Assembly: GCA_964532425.1 (NCBI GenBank)
Contig: CAZHIA010000003.1
Coordinates: forward strand, 201,748-265,747
Reading direction: 5' to 3'
DNA: 64,000 bases
From: an uncultured Candidatus Saccharibacteria bacterium
Lineage (GTDB): Bacteria > Patescibacteriota > Doudnabacteria > UBA920
A program made the translations under genes and the position numbers. This document shows positions 53,048 through 63,070 of the stretch, piece after piece. The notes beneath the pieces were generated by a model. That model was not told where the DNA came from, made no database searches, and saw only the letters and a program-made list of their open reading frames with translations. How positions within the stretch are numbered: position 1 is the stretch's first letter; every line of letters begins with the position of its first letter.

Positions 53048-54775
53048 TTAAGGTCCTGTGTTGAGCATGCAGGGATTGGGGATATTGTACTGCTGCATCT
53101 CCGCAGCCGTCCATTCACCGCAGAACTGTGCGACCGTACACACCCCGGAATCGACTTCCATTTGCGATAGCGGGTTACTACGCGACCAAGCCTTACATTG
53201 CTTATCAGGAATCGTCAGGGTGCTCAACGAACTGGTCGCCAGGCCGGTGGCAAGCGAATAAGCAGGGATAACACAAGTACTCTGTTCCTTGATAACCACC
53301 CCCTGGAACAAGTACTGGTTGAGCAGGGCCTGCGTTATGTTCGAAGCAATCTTCGCTGCCGGAATCAAATTGCTGTTAGATGGATCAGACATGTTGAGAG
53401 CTTTCTGCAAACTTACCCGAATGCTCTCCAAGAACATCTGGGCCGGCTTTAAGATGTCCCCGAGCAGCGTTCGGGCGGATTTCATCCCCGGTGCATTCAA
53501 TTCATTATTCACAGCTTCTTTGGCTGCGGCAATAGACTGCTGCGCCACATCCTGATAATCCATCTCCCAACCATCAGGCCTGGACAAGTAATCTCCGGCT
53601 CTGCCCATTTTCGAATAGAAATCCGGATCACTGGGATTAAGCGTTGCCGGGTCATACCCCAAATGCTGGTCGGCTTTAGCTTTCAAAGCCGCTCTCATAT
53701 CCGGCGACATCCCGCACGTAATTTGGGGAATAAAATTCTGAATGAGCTGCTTATCAATGTTGTCCGGCACGTACTTCTTTAGATAATCCTGGACATACTG
53801 ACCGCTCATCACGGCATCGGCATAGTATAGATAGTTTGAAATGCGGTACGTTTGTTCAAGCTTGTTAATGAGCATATTAACAAACGCAAGCTCAAACTGG
53901 ACCAAGGCGGTCGCAATGATGACTTCGACAATTTGTTTAACTTTTTCCCAAACGTCTATAGTCAGCCATTGGGCATGGGCAGCAGGTACAAATATATTGC
54001 CTTTGGCTAATCCGGCGTCAGACTGTTCCTGGTAGTATGCCGTCAGATTATATTTCGAATTTAAATGCTGGTAATTACTCTGTGCATTCATTACCCCCTC
54101 ATGGGCAACCAAATAGTCCTGATAGACTGATGGCCAGGGATCATCCAGACTGCCTTCTGCATATGCTTGGGCATTTTTTACGACATCAACATAGGCTTGC
54201 AACGCGAGTATGGCGCCTTTATGGAACTGCACAGCTTCAGAAGGCACCGAGAGCTGTCTATATTTCTCCAAAGCGTCCTGGGCTTTGGAAACAAGCGGCT
54301 GGACACTGGCTCCGTTCGTGCCCTTGGCAAATAAATCATTCAGCATAGGGTCGGCCGCACTCCCCAATTCCTGAAAATAACCACCGCCTTTCATCATATA
54401 ATCACCGATCTCTTTGCGGCCGGTTTTTTTTGCGACTTTTATTTCGGAGTCAGGCACTGCCGGAGGCGTGAATTGCTGATCAGCCTTAAGCGCTTTTACC
54501 ACTTCCTGTTCCACCACTGCTTGCGGCATAACTTCTTCGAACAGCATTTGGCTGGCTTTCGGGCTGGTATTGAGCGCTGCCAGGTAAGCCATAGTCGCCT
54601 GCATTCGATCCTGGTACGCCTTCTCCGCCGCCGAATAATTTGTCTGATCCACGTAGACCGTCTGCGGTCGATGCCAAATCGAGACAACGAGCAAGACCAC
54701 AATCAACGCGATCGTGGTGAAAAATAGTTGTTTTTGTTCTTTTGTTTCTAACATAGAGTGAGCGCTTAAGCGCAA
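53048..54775 (-). CDS. hypothetical large exported/anchored protein
   Basis: N-terminal TM helix; 575 aa; no motif recognised. Confidence 0.45.
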   Translation of the reverse strand: MRLSAHSMLETKEQKQLFFTTIALIVVLLVVSIWHRPQTVYVDQTNYSAAEKAYQDRMQATMAYLAALNTSPKASQMLFEEVMPQAVVEQEVVKALKADQQFTPPAVPDSEIKVAKKTGRKEIGDYMMKGGGYFQELGSAADPMLNDLFAKGTNGASVQPLVSKAQDALEKYRQLSVPSEAVQFHKGAILALQAYVDVVKNAQAYAEGSLDDPWPSVYQDYLVAHEGVMNAQSNYQHLNSKYNLTAYYQEQSDAGLAKGNIFVPAAHAQWLTIDVWEKVKQIVEVIIATALVQFELAFVNMLINKLEQTYRISNYLYYADAVMSGQYVQDYLKKYVPDNIDKQLIQNFIPQITCGMSPDMRAALKAKADQHLGYDPATLNPSDPDFYSKMGRAGDYLSRPDGWEMDYQDVAQQSIAAAKEAVNNELNAPGMKSARTLLGDILKPAQMFLESIRVSLQKALNMSDPSNSNLIPAAKIASNITQALLNQYLFQGVVIKEQSTCVIPAYSLATGLATSSLSTLTIPDKQCKAWSRSNPLSQMEVDSGVCTVAQFCGEWTAAEMQQYNIPNPCMLNTGP

Positions 54776-54975
54776 AACACATTATTTGTCTCTCCTCATG
54801 AAGAAAGAAGGGACCCGTTTAACGGGTAGAGGGGTTTCTAACCAAACCTAATATTTGTTTTATTATACCACACAGCCAGCGGTATGAGTAATGCGGTAAC
54901 CCACCCGCCGGCGAGGCAGGTGCTGCGCGTTTCGGTTATCAATATACGACAAACGAAGATACAGCATCGATTCCT

Positions 54976-56598
54976 CTATTCTATAAGCTCCCCCCCGAAC
55001 AGTTTGATTGCACTATCTAAGGCCCCGGCATGGTCAACTGGCACAGACTCTTCTTTCTTAACAATCTCAGTGGTCAAGCCAACCCGCTTGCCTGAAACCT
55101 CGGCAATAGTATCGCAAATAAGCTTCAAGTTTTTCTGATTCTCCAAATTTTGCTTATGGAATAAGTACTTAACGCCCAAGACCGCTTTACCATCGCGAAT
55201 ATCTTGCAGCGGGGAATTTTTTAACAAATTAGCGAGCGGGCCATTATGCTGTTTCAAACGGTCAATAACCGCCGGCCAGGAGGCATGAAGTTCTTCCACG
55301 GTTACCGTTGAATCGTACTGACTGGAATATGCGGCAGAAGACTCTTTAGCTGTGGTAGATTGGTCGATCGCTCCTGCAGATTCCGCTACAATCGACGAGG
55401 GTGGTTGCGTGGTCTGGGCCGGAGTTTGCGTCACGGTAAAAACAGGGGCTGCAGCCTTTTGCCCGCTACTTGGTACCACAGCACGCTGCACCGGAACTTC
55501 TGGCGCGCTCCGCTTCAAGCACGCTTCCACCGCAGCCAACAAGAGCGGAATTTCAGGTTCAGGCGCACCGGGAATTTCCTTGAATGAACGTAAAAACAAA
55601 CGGATCACAAAGACAATTTCGTTCACGGTAAGTTCCCGGGACAGTTCCAAAACTTTCTGGTCATGGCTTTCACCGAGCCCTGGCAACTGCTTGCCAGCGG
55701 TGACCTTACAGACCAAAACTTTTCTCAAATATTCCAAAAAATCACGATTAAAAACCGCCGCATCCAACCCCTGCTGGCCTAAATTCTCAAAGAATTCCGG
55801 CACAGTTGCTGCCGCACCGATAACAATCTTCCGGAGGAGATCTTCCGACAAAGCTACGTCGGTCACGCCCAGAAGCTGCCGGCACTCTTCGAGCGTCGCC
55901 GTGTTGCCCAGAGTCTGCACCTTGCCGAGCAAAGACAAGGCGTCGCGCATGCCACCTTCGGCCCGCTGGGCGATCAAAGTAAAAATCTCCGGATCAAACT
56001 GCAAGTCTTCCTGAGCAGCGACCTGGGAAAGATGCCCAGCAAGGTCCTGAATTGACAAGGACTTGAAGTCAAACCGCTGGGTACGTGAAATGATGGTGGC
56101 CGGGACTTTATTAATCTCAGTCGTGGCTAATATGAACATAGCATGCGCCGGCGGCTCTTCCAATGTCTTCAGCAAAGCATTAAACGCCCCCTTGCTCAGC
56201 ATATGGACTTCATCGATGATAAACACCTTGTATTTGCCGGCAGTCGGACTGAACTTGATATGCTCGATAAGGTCGCGGATATTGTCGACGCCGGTATTGG
56301 AAGCGGCATCAATCTCTACCAGATCCATAAAGCTGCCATCGGCGATCTGAGTGCACACCTCGCATGTACCGCACGGTTCGCCCACTTTGGCCTTTTGGCA
56401 ATTCACCGCTTTGGCCATAATGCGCGCAATGGATGTTTTGCCGACACCGCGACCACCGGTAAATAAGTAAGCATGCGCCGGCTTGCCGGCTTTGGCCTGG
56501 TTTTTAAGCGTCCGGACAATATGTTGCTGCCCCACCACTTCCGCAAAGGTCTGGGGCCTGTATTTTCTATATAAAACCGCCATGTTTTTGTGTATCAA
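54976..56598 (-). CDS. dnaX: DNA polymerase III subunit gamma/tau
   Basis: YRPQTFAEVVGQ, GGRGVGKTS Walker A, zinc module CQKAKVGEPCGTCEVC, DEVHMLS. Confidence 0.85.
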   Translation of the reverse strand: MIHKNMAVLYRKYRPQTFAEVVGQQHIVRTLKNQAKAGKPAHAYLFTGGRGVGKTSIARIMAKAVNCQKAKVGEPCGTCEVCTQIADGSFMDLVEIDAASNTGVDNIRDLIEHIKFSPTAGKYKVFIIDEVHMLSKGAFNALLKTLEEPPAHAMFILATTEINKVPATIISRTQRFDFKSLSIQDLAGHLSQVAAQEDLQFDPEIFTLIAQRAEGGMRDALSLLGKVQTLGNTATLEECRQLLGVTDVALSEDLLRKIVIGAAATVPEFFENLGQQGLDAAVFNRDFLEYLRKVLVCKVTAGKQLPGLGESHDQKVLELSRELTVNEIVFVIRLFLRSFKEIPGAPEPEIPLLLAAVEACLKRSAPEVPVQRAVVPSSGQKAAAPVFTVTQTPAQTTQPPSSIVAESAGAIDQSTTAKESSAAYSSQYDSTVTVEELHASWPAVIDRLKQHNGPLANLLKNSPLQDIRDGKAVLGVKYLFHKQNLENQKNLKLICDTIAEVSGKRVGLTTEIVKKEESVPVDHAGALDSAIKLFGGELIE

Positions 56599-56730
56599 CT
56601 GATGTCTTTAACCTGTTCATTATACCATCGACGTCATAAAACTACAAAAGTGGCGAGCCTCTTTGCCTAGACTGCCATATTGGGCAGTAAGGCAGTATTT
56701 TTGCATTTCAGTAGTAATATATTGTGAGGC

Positions 56731-56767
56731 AAAAAAGAAACCCCAGCTACCCGAAGGTGCTGGGGTT
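56731..56767 (-). terminator. rho-independent terminator
   Basis: AACCCCAGC-ACCTTCGGGTA-GCTGGGGTT then TTTCTTTTTTG on minus strand. Confidence 0.6.
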
Positions 56768-56782
56768 GGCGAACTTGTACTA

Positions 56783-57112
56783 CTAGCTGGATCGCTTCTT
56801 GGGCGTGCGGCGCCGTTTCGGCTGCCGCCGCTCGTAGGTCTGCCCGGCCTCGAACGCTTGCTTCAGCAAGTTTTCGAGGAGGCTCAAAAAGGTCACTGAG
56901 TCTCCGAGGTGCTGAAGATTCGGGTCACAGAGGGACATCAGAATTTTGCCAATCCTCTCATACTTGGGCCCGGTCTCGATCACCCCGGCTAGTTTAGGAT
57001 TGCCTCCAAAAAATCGACTGAGCTCCGCCTCACTCAAGTCGAGAGGCCGGAAGCCTGCTCTTTCCACAATAGCGGCAACTGTGCCGTTTTGGATCGCAAA
57101 ACCAACTCTCAT
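56783..57112 (-). CDS. hypothetical protein with basic C-terminal tail
   Basis: AGGAGG SD; 109 aa; RRQPKRRRTPKKRSS tail. Confidence 0.5.
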   Translation of the reverse strand: MRVGFAIQNGTVAAIVERAGFRPLDLSEAELSRFFGGNPKLAGVIETGPKYERIGKILMSLCDPNLQHLGDSVTFLSLLENLLKQAFEAGQTYERRQPKRRRTPKKRSS

Positions 57113-57340
57113 AAAAACTCCTCCTATCGTTTTTCGTTCCCATCCTACCTTTAACCATACTGAGTTACAGGGAGAAATCTGCCCACGAGTATCAGCATGG
57201 ACAATTTTCTCCCAATAATTGGAAACTATATTTTATCACATTTTACAAATTTTGTCAATCACATACGGAAAATATAAAAAACCGGCCAAAAAGCCGGTTT
57301 ATCTGTGTTAATCCGTAAAAAAATCAGTGTTTATCAGTGT

Positions 57341-58006
57341 TCATTTCTTAAACACAAAAATCTTATATCCGATAAAATTCCAAATCAGTGAGATAGCGGT
57401 AGCTGCCAGTTTGCCAATATTCAGGTTATCGCCTGCGTTCGCAGTCACGGATCCGTGAGTAGTAGTAAGATACAGTACGAGCGAATTGATAAGAAAGCCA
57501 ATCACGCTCACAATAAAGAATGACAAATACGGCTGATGCTGTTCACTTCCTTTTTCCTTAAAGAAGCCGAACGCATACCAGAGAATGACCTGGGCTAGGA
57601 TGAATACAATAAGGATACCAAGGAAGAACAGCGGGCGGGCTGCCACATGGCCTCCGAACAGCACGAGCCCGAAGATTAACACTCCCACGACGCCAACTGC
57701 AACCAGACGCAGAAAATTCTTGACCGCATCCACCACCGCTTCCGTTCCGAAAGCCCAGTACTTGTTCCAGTAGTAGCTCTGAATGACCGCAAGGATAAAC
57801 CCTGGCAAGTTAACCCAGCCGATCCCAACCCCCTTAGTAATACCGAACTGGGATGACATGTAATTCAGGACCAGGGCATCCATAGCGGTATTGAACACGC
57901 CAATAGCACCAAAGCGCAAAATCTGTAAAACGATCGGGTTTTTTTGCAAAACTTCGGAAATTTTCTGCCTGAACGAAATCGTAGTGACTGTTTGTGTTTG
58001 TTCCAT
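57341..58006 (-). CDS. GtrA-family membrane protein (extended)
   Basis: RFGAIGVFNTAMD ... NFIGYKIFVF GtrA signatures; start ambiguous (ATG 58006 or GTG 58054). Confidence 0.55.
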   Translation of the reverse strand: MEQTQTVTTISFRQKISEVLQKNPIVLQILRFGAIGVFNTAMDALVLNYMSSQFGITKGVGIGWVNLPGFILAVIQSYYWNKYWAFGTEAVVDAVKNFLRLVAVGVVGVLIFGLVLFGGHVAARPLFFLGILIVFILAQVILWYAFGFFKEKGSEQHQPYLSFFIVSVIGFLINSLVLYLTTTHGSVTANAGDNLNIGKLAATAISLIWNFIGYKIFVFKK

Positions 58007-58107
58007 AAAGCTGGTTAATCTTCTTTGATATAAAACGCTGATGGTCACCGGCACTGCATCGTTTTCAGCGAGCGTTCCGCGTAGCCATCAGCGTAATTTG
58101 AGCGTGA

Positions 58108-58725
58108 TTATAGCTCTTCATCCTCATCAATAACCAGGCGGTTCCCTGCCAGACCGTCACCCATTTCCAGGTCGGTGTGGGATGTGGAAGAATCCTTCTT
58201 GATGACATTCTCAACCGCGGCCCATTCGGCTTCCGTATCTTTGGGTACGATAATGGTCACTTCATCCCCGGGTTCGGCTTTAAAATAGGTCAGGCTGGCC
58301 AGCAAAACCCTGAACGGATGACCTTCCGCAAGCACTCGAAAATCACCGCGGTCATCCACGGTCAGAATTCCCAACATTTTCTTACGCTCTACTGGACCGA
58401 TCTGTTTATAAATAAATGATCCATCCTCGGCAATGGTGAGCTTCAGTACATCCCCTTCTACCAACTTTGATTTGGAGGCGTAGTTGGCAGGGACCGGGTA
58501 CTGTTTTTTGTCGGGACCGATCATATTCTGCCCGTCAAACACACCCTCAATAACCTTGCCGCCTTCGGATACCGTTAAAGCCTGAGCCTTTTCAGAAAGC
58601 TGACCTAAAGGCTTGATCGGCTGGCCACCCATCATTTCCCTAAGCAACTGCTTGGCCGACTGGATATTTTTTTCCGCAGATTCGATCATCTGCGCGATAA
58701 GAGCCAAATTAGAAAGTTTGTCCAT
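58108..58725 (-). CDS. hypothetical protein
   Basis: 205 aa, acidic C-terminus. Confidence 0.45.
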   Translation of the reverse strand: MDKLSNLALIAQMIESAEKNIQSAKQLLREMMGGQPIKPLGQLSEKAQALTVSEGGKVIEGVFDGQNMIGPDKKQYPVPANYASKSKLVEGDVLKLTIAEDGSFIYKQIGPVERKKMLGILTVDDRGDFRVLAEGHPFRVLLASLTYFKAEPGDEVTIIVPKDTEAEWAAVENVIKKDSSTSHTDLEMGDGLAGNRLVIDEDEEL

Positions 58726-58862
58726 AAGTTTTTTGTTTTTTACTTTGGGTTATAAAAAGCGTTAGGGTTGCAGCTCTTTTTGTTTCAAACTGTAAGACGC
58801 ATACCTCCCTCAATTATAACATAAACATTTAAAACCGCAAGTAATACTGCTATTTTTACCCT

Positions 58863-59306
58863 TCAAGCCGGTTGAGCAACCTGGGAGAACTGGCGAGCCA
58901 CCTCTGAATCGGATAACAAATAACTGCAGAATGCTGGGTATTTAACGCATAACTCTTGTACTGTCGCCCCAGGCCGCGCAGCCGTTTGCAGAAATTCGGA
59001 AGACATCACCATATCCTGTTTGAACAGCTCAGCCGCAAATTCCCGGACCTGTTGTTCGTAGACTACAATATCCGATGGGTCATATCCGAAATGAAGCGCC
59101 ATCTTCAGGACCGTAAACTCTTCAAACTCCTTCTCAATATCCGCCAAAAACCCCAGCACCTCATCCTCGTTTTTAAGCGTCTGAATGGCATAGAGAACGC
59201 GCGAAGAAATTTCCGCCGCCCTCCGGATACTGGTCCGCCGGCTCCGGATGATCTCTGACAGGAACAATGCTACAAGATTTTTTAGATTTTGGTTTGGTTC
59301 GAACAT
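58863..59306 (-). CDS. hypothetical protein
   Basis: 147-aa ORF. Confidence 0.45.
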   Translation of the reverse strand: MFEPNQNLKNLVALFLSEIIRSRRTSIRRAAEISSRVLYAIQTLKNEDEVLGFLADIEKEFEEFTVLKMALHFGYDPSDIVVYEQQVREFAAELFKQDMVMSSEFLQTAARPGATVQELCVKYPAFCSYLLSDSEVARQFSQVAQPA

Positions 59307-59324
59307 GTTTGTGTGATGTATGTT

Positions 59325-59585
59325 TCAATGATGGCCGTGGCCGCCGGATTTCTTCGCGCCTCCACCGCCACCTTTGCCTCCCCATATGGCGGCGCCTAAA
59401 AAGTCACCGATTATCGATGCAAAACCCGACATAGTTTCAATGAACTGCTCCGGACTATTTATGGCGCGCAGCTGGTTGATGGGCTGCATGATCGTAGAAT
59501 CAAAAAATTCGCGCCAAAACCCGCCTGACGATTTCTTTTTTGGCTCTTCGTGGTGTCCTCCACCTTCTGGTCCGTGTCCCGACAT
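59325..59585 (-). CDS. hypothetical Gly/His-rich small protein
   Basis: GGGHHEE... GGKGGGGGAKKSGGHGHH low-complexity ends. Confidence 0.4.
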   Translation of the reverse strand: MSGHGPEGGGHHEEPKKKSSGGFWREFFDSTIMQPINQLRAINSPEQFIETMSGFASIIGDFLGAAIWGGKGGGGGAKKSGGHGHH

Positions 59586-59589
59586 ATAA

Positions 59590-59823
59590 TTATTCTTTAA
59601 ACTGGTATGCCGGGTCTTGAAGCCGGTCTTTTAATTCCTGCAGCTCCGGGAACCCCTGCAGATTCTCATCAATGAAAGCAATGAGCTCATTCCGAGACTT
59701 TACAGTCTCCAGGAACGGTACATAAATTTTCATCATCTCATAAACTCTTTTCAAATCGGCTCGCTTTTCCTGCAGCAACTCGGCCATGTACACCGAATAA
59801 ATATGAATATAGTTTTCTTCCAT
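59590..59823 (-). CDS. hypothetical small protein
   Basis: 77-aa ORF 4 nt downstream of ATPase-cluster gene. Confidence 0.4.
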   Translation of the reverse strand: MEENYIHIYSVYMAELLQEKRADLKRVYEMMKIYVPFLETVKSRNELIAFIDENLQGFPELQELKDRLQDPAYQFKE

Positions 59824-59926
59824 AATGTTATTATAACAACATTAGCACTATAACGGCAACTATTCACTCCTTTATCCCGTCGAGAACTTGATACCTTTAT
59901 AACTTTCTACTTGATAACTTAATTAC

Positions 59927-62464
59927 TTACAGCCCTCGTTCGATACTTCCCGGCCCGGCCGACATCATTTCCGCCGCACGACTCGATTCCAGTATTTCAT
60001 CCTCAACTTCCGCCCTGGGACGGCCATACTTGAGGCGGGACAGCTGCCGGATAGCCTTGGCCAGTTCGGGGTTATGTTCTTTAGGCAGCCAAGGGGTAGC
60101 CAAATTGAACGGCTTGGTAGCCGCACCGTTGACCAGCATTTTAATGTAGACATTGCCGCGCTCAATGTTAGTTAGGTCGAACTGGTTGAACGTTGGAGAA
60201 AATTCCTTTTCCAGGAATTCAGCATCTTCCGCACCGGCACGAAAAGTGATTATGGTACCGGCATTACCGAAGACCGCATCTCGCAAGTCCGAAGAACCTG
60301 CTCCCTGCGCCCCAGCCTGCGACTGCAGTTGCGCCAGATACTGGTGGGCAATAACCAGTCCCAGATGGTACTTTCTGGCTTCAGATAGAATGGAGGCGAA
60401 GGCGTCGGTGATGAAATTTTGAAACTCGTCCACATACAGCAAAAAGTCGCGGCGCTGCGATTCCGGTACATTGGCACGGCTCATGGCAGCCATTTGGATC
60501 TTGCTGACCAAAATGAGCCCCAAAAGCTTGGCATTGATCTCGCCGGTGAGCCCTTTGGACAAATTCACTAAGAGTACCTTACCGTCATCCATGACCTTGC
60601 GAAAATTAAAAGCACTCTTCGGCTGGCCGACAATGTTGCGCATCATGGCATTTTCTACAAAGCGCCCGACTTTGGAGACCAAGTAGCCCAACATCTCCGA
60701 CTTGTGGAAGTCAGACGTCTTGGCCATTTCCTTTTCCCAGAACAACCGAACGACCGGGTCTTTGACCTTATTCACCTTGTATTTTTGGAAATCAGTGTCG
60801 GTGAATATGCGCGGAATGTCCGTAATCGTACCAGGGTGTTCCTCATCCGCCATAAGCGTGAGCATGGCATTGCGCATATTATGCTCGAACATCGGGCCGA
60901 GCATGGACGGGTCAGTCACCAACTTATAGAAAATGGAGATCATCTCCTGCACCGCAAAATCCTTCTGCTCCTCATTGTCTACTTCCAGCATATTGAGGCC
61001 CATAGGGCGATCCATGTCGAACGGCTCGAACAGCACGACGTCTTCGGCCCGCTCCTTGGGTACGCGCTCCAAAATATCCTGGGTCAAATCCCCGTGCGGA
61101 TCAATGACGCACAAGCCTTCGCCATTCACGATATCCTGTATGGCCATATTAGCCAGCAGCCAGCTCTTGCCGCCTCCGGTACGGCCAAGCACATACGTGT
61201 GGCGCAAGCGGTCTGACTTGGCCATATAAATAGGCGTTTGCATGCCGCGGTAGATATTGGTGCCCAAAAACAACCCTGCAGTCGGTACGTTAATGGGCGG
61301 CGGTGCCTTTTTTGACATGAGCCATTTAATGTTCGGCGTCTCGATGAACGGCGTAGGCAAATGCCACAGACTCGTCAGCTCCTCAGTATTCAAAATATTC
61401 CTGACACCCTCGTCACGAAACACGCGCAGCACGTAATCCTGTAAAATGTCGTCCTTTTTGCGCTTTTTCGTGTGAAATCCGTTGAAGGGCGGCATATTGA
61501 ACTGCAGAAATGACGACAGGATGTTGCGCATGTGAATGCCGGCATTTCCTGGTATGGTCGATGAAGTGACCACGCGGATGTTCGTTTTGTATCCGGGACG
61601 GCTGGCTTTTTCTTCTAAACGCTTCACAATCTCCTGCTGCATGGGTGTCAGCTGGATTGGCGAATAATATCCGGTCAGGTCCTTGTGGGCGTGGTCCCCC
61701 TGCTGGCCGCTGCCGGACAGGCTGGAAGTAACACCATGTAGCAGATCATGCATCATACGGGCGAACTTGCCTTTTTCCACCAGCTCGGGATTCTTGCCTT
61801 GCTGAATCTCGAGCGCCATGTGCCGCGGGCGACTCTGCCACACGGTCCCGGCCGGACAAACCACAAATTGGATTGCCGCACCTTCGGTCTCGGTTAGCTT
61901 GCTCATGGCATTGGTAATGGCATTGAGCGGATCTGATTCCATGTTCTTATAAGTGCGGAACGGGTAGACATACTGTTTATTCAACTGCAGCTCTTCCACT
62001 TCCACGGTCCCGCCCTGGACGAACGGATTATAGCCGCGCACCTCTTCTACGAAGGCATGGGGGTACTGGGCCTGCAACTGCTTTTCAACGAGCTGCTGCA
62101 AATGGCGTGGGCAATTGATATAGAACGCAACCTTCTTGTCCGTGCAGGCAATTTCAAAACTATAATAGTCACTACCCTTCAGCCAGCCCTTACTACCACC
62201 ACCTTCGGATAAGGTTGTGAACAACTGCTCGCCGAGCGAAATCATGGCCTTCTTTTCTTCTTCAGATTTCTGGCGGTTGTCATCGCCTGAGTTCTCTTTC
62301 GGCATCTGGATTTCCAGAAAAACCCATTCCAAAACCCGGGGCGCAACATGCTTGGTATGATAGATGTGGCGTTTGTAGTAATAAAAAAAGACAGCAATAA
62401 AAATTGCTATCAGAGCAGCCAAAACTACCACCGCAATATTGGTAACACTCAATTCAAACGGCAT
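59927..62464 (-). CDS. membrane-anchored P-loop ATPase, type IV secretion coupling-protein-like (VirD4/TraG/DUF87 family)
   Basis: N-terminal TM; Walker A YVLGRTGGGKSWLL; Walker B LLYVDEFQNF; LVIAHQYLAQL resembles TraG-D_C HQ motif. Confidence 0.65.
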   Translation of the reverse strand: MPFELSVTNIAVVVLAALIAIFIAVFFYYYKRHIYHTKHVAPRVLEWVFLEIQMPKENSGDDNRQKSEEEKKAMISLGEQLFTTLSEGGGSKGWLKGSDYYSFEIACTDKKVAFYINCPRHLQQLVEKQLQAQYPHAFVEEVRGYNPFVQGGTVEVEELQLNKQYVYPFRTYKNMESDPLNAITNAMSKLTETEGAAIQFVVCPAGTVWQSRPRHMALEIQQGKNPELVEKGKFARMMHDLLHGVTSSLSGSGQQGDHAHKDLTGYYSPIQLTPMQQEIVKRLEEKASRPGYKTNIRVVTSSTIPGNAGIHMRNILSSFLQFNMPPFNGFHTKKRKKDDILQDYVLRVFRDEGVRNILNTEELTSLWHLPTPFIETPNIKWLMSKKAPPPINVPTAGLFLGTNIYRGMQTPIYMAKSDRLRHTYVLGRTGGGKSWLLANMAIQDIVNGEGLCVIDPHGDLTQDILERVPKERAEDVVLFEPFDMDRPMGLNMLEVDNEEQKDFAVQEMISIFYKLVTDPSMLGPMFEHNMRNAMLTLMADEEHPGTITDIPRIFTDTDFQKYKVNKVKDPVVRLFWEKEMAKTSDFHKSEMLGYLVSKVGRFVENAMMRNIVGQPKSAFNFRKVMDDGKVLLVNLSKGLTGEINAKLLGLILVSKIQMAAMSRANVPESQRRDFLLYVDEFQNFITDAFASILSEARKYHLGLVIAHQYLAQLQSQAGAQGAGSSDLRDAVFGNAGTIITFRAGAEDAEFLEKEFSPTFNQFDLTNIERGNVYIKMLVNGAATKPFNLATPWLPKEHNPELAKAIRQLSRLKYGRPRAEVEDEILESSRAAEMMSAGPGSIERGL

Positions 62465-62487
62465 GGATTTTTGTTTTTAGCTTCCGC

Positions 62488-62886
62488 TTATTTCAGCTCG
62501 GGGTCCTGGTTGTTCCTCTTAAACTGCTCGGAGGCGTTCAAGATTTCATCCATTATATTAGGCAGATCTTTATTTCCGATCCCGATCTTCTGTGAATCGT
62601 TGTCAACGGTTTGATTAAGCAAGGCTGCCAATTCTCTTGCGCCATACACGGGTTTGTTGGAGGTTTCAGGGACAGCAACATTTCCAGAACCGTGGATTTC
62701 TATTACTTCTTTGGCAGCTTCCAACTGTTGGGCATCTGCGGTCTCCTGGTCGGCTACAGGCACTTCTGGTTCATGACCAGCTTCAATAGCGTCCCGGTTT
62801 TCCGGTTGTGGTCCTGTCTCGATCGATTCCGCTTTCTGAAACCCCTGTTCTAGCTTCGGTTTTTCTGCTTCAGGCATTGGTGTCAT
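62488..62886 (-). CDS. hypothetical acidic protein
   Basis: 132 aa, Glu/Pro-rich N-terminus. Confidence 0.4.
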   Translation of the reverse strand: MTPMPEAEKPKLEQGFQKAESIETGPQPENRDAIEAGHEPEVPVADQETADAQQLEAAKEVIEIHGSGNVAVPETSNKPVYGARELAALLNQTVDNDSQKIGIGNKDLPNIMDEILNASEQFKRNNQDPELK

Positions 62887-63070
62887 GCATTAATTATACC
62901 ACAAACCATAAATAACCCATAATCTTAGCTTTTTCCAGAGCTTCTGTCAAACCTCAGAGCTCAAAAAGAATGAACTTCTGATAGATAAAAGCAATTCTTC
63001 CGGGCCTTTCCCATATATTAAAACCGACGCCAGTCCAGAGCAGGACTTAAGCGCCGGTCGCACATACCTT

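Noticed and set aside
55352-56014. 220-aa plus-strand ORF antisense to dnaX
   Set aside because: Falls entirely within the well-supported dnaX reading frame; no SD; low-complexity Ala/Ser-rich translation.
56600-56730. Possible SRP RNA (ffs/scr) upstream of dnaX, as in Bacillus
   Set aside because: No GGAAG...AGCAGC helix-8 motif or GNRA-capped SRP domain IV found on either strand; the segment instead looks like a -35/-10 promoter plus a short hairpin.
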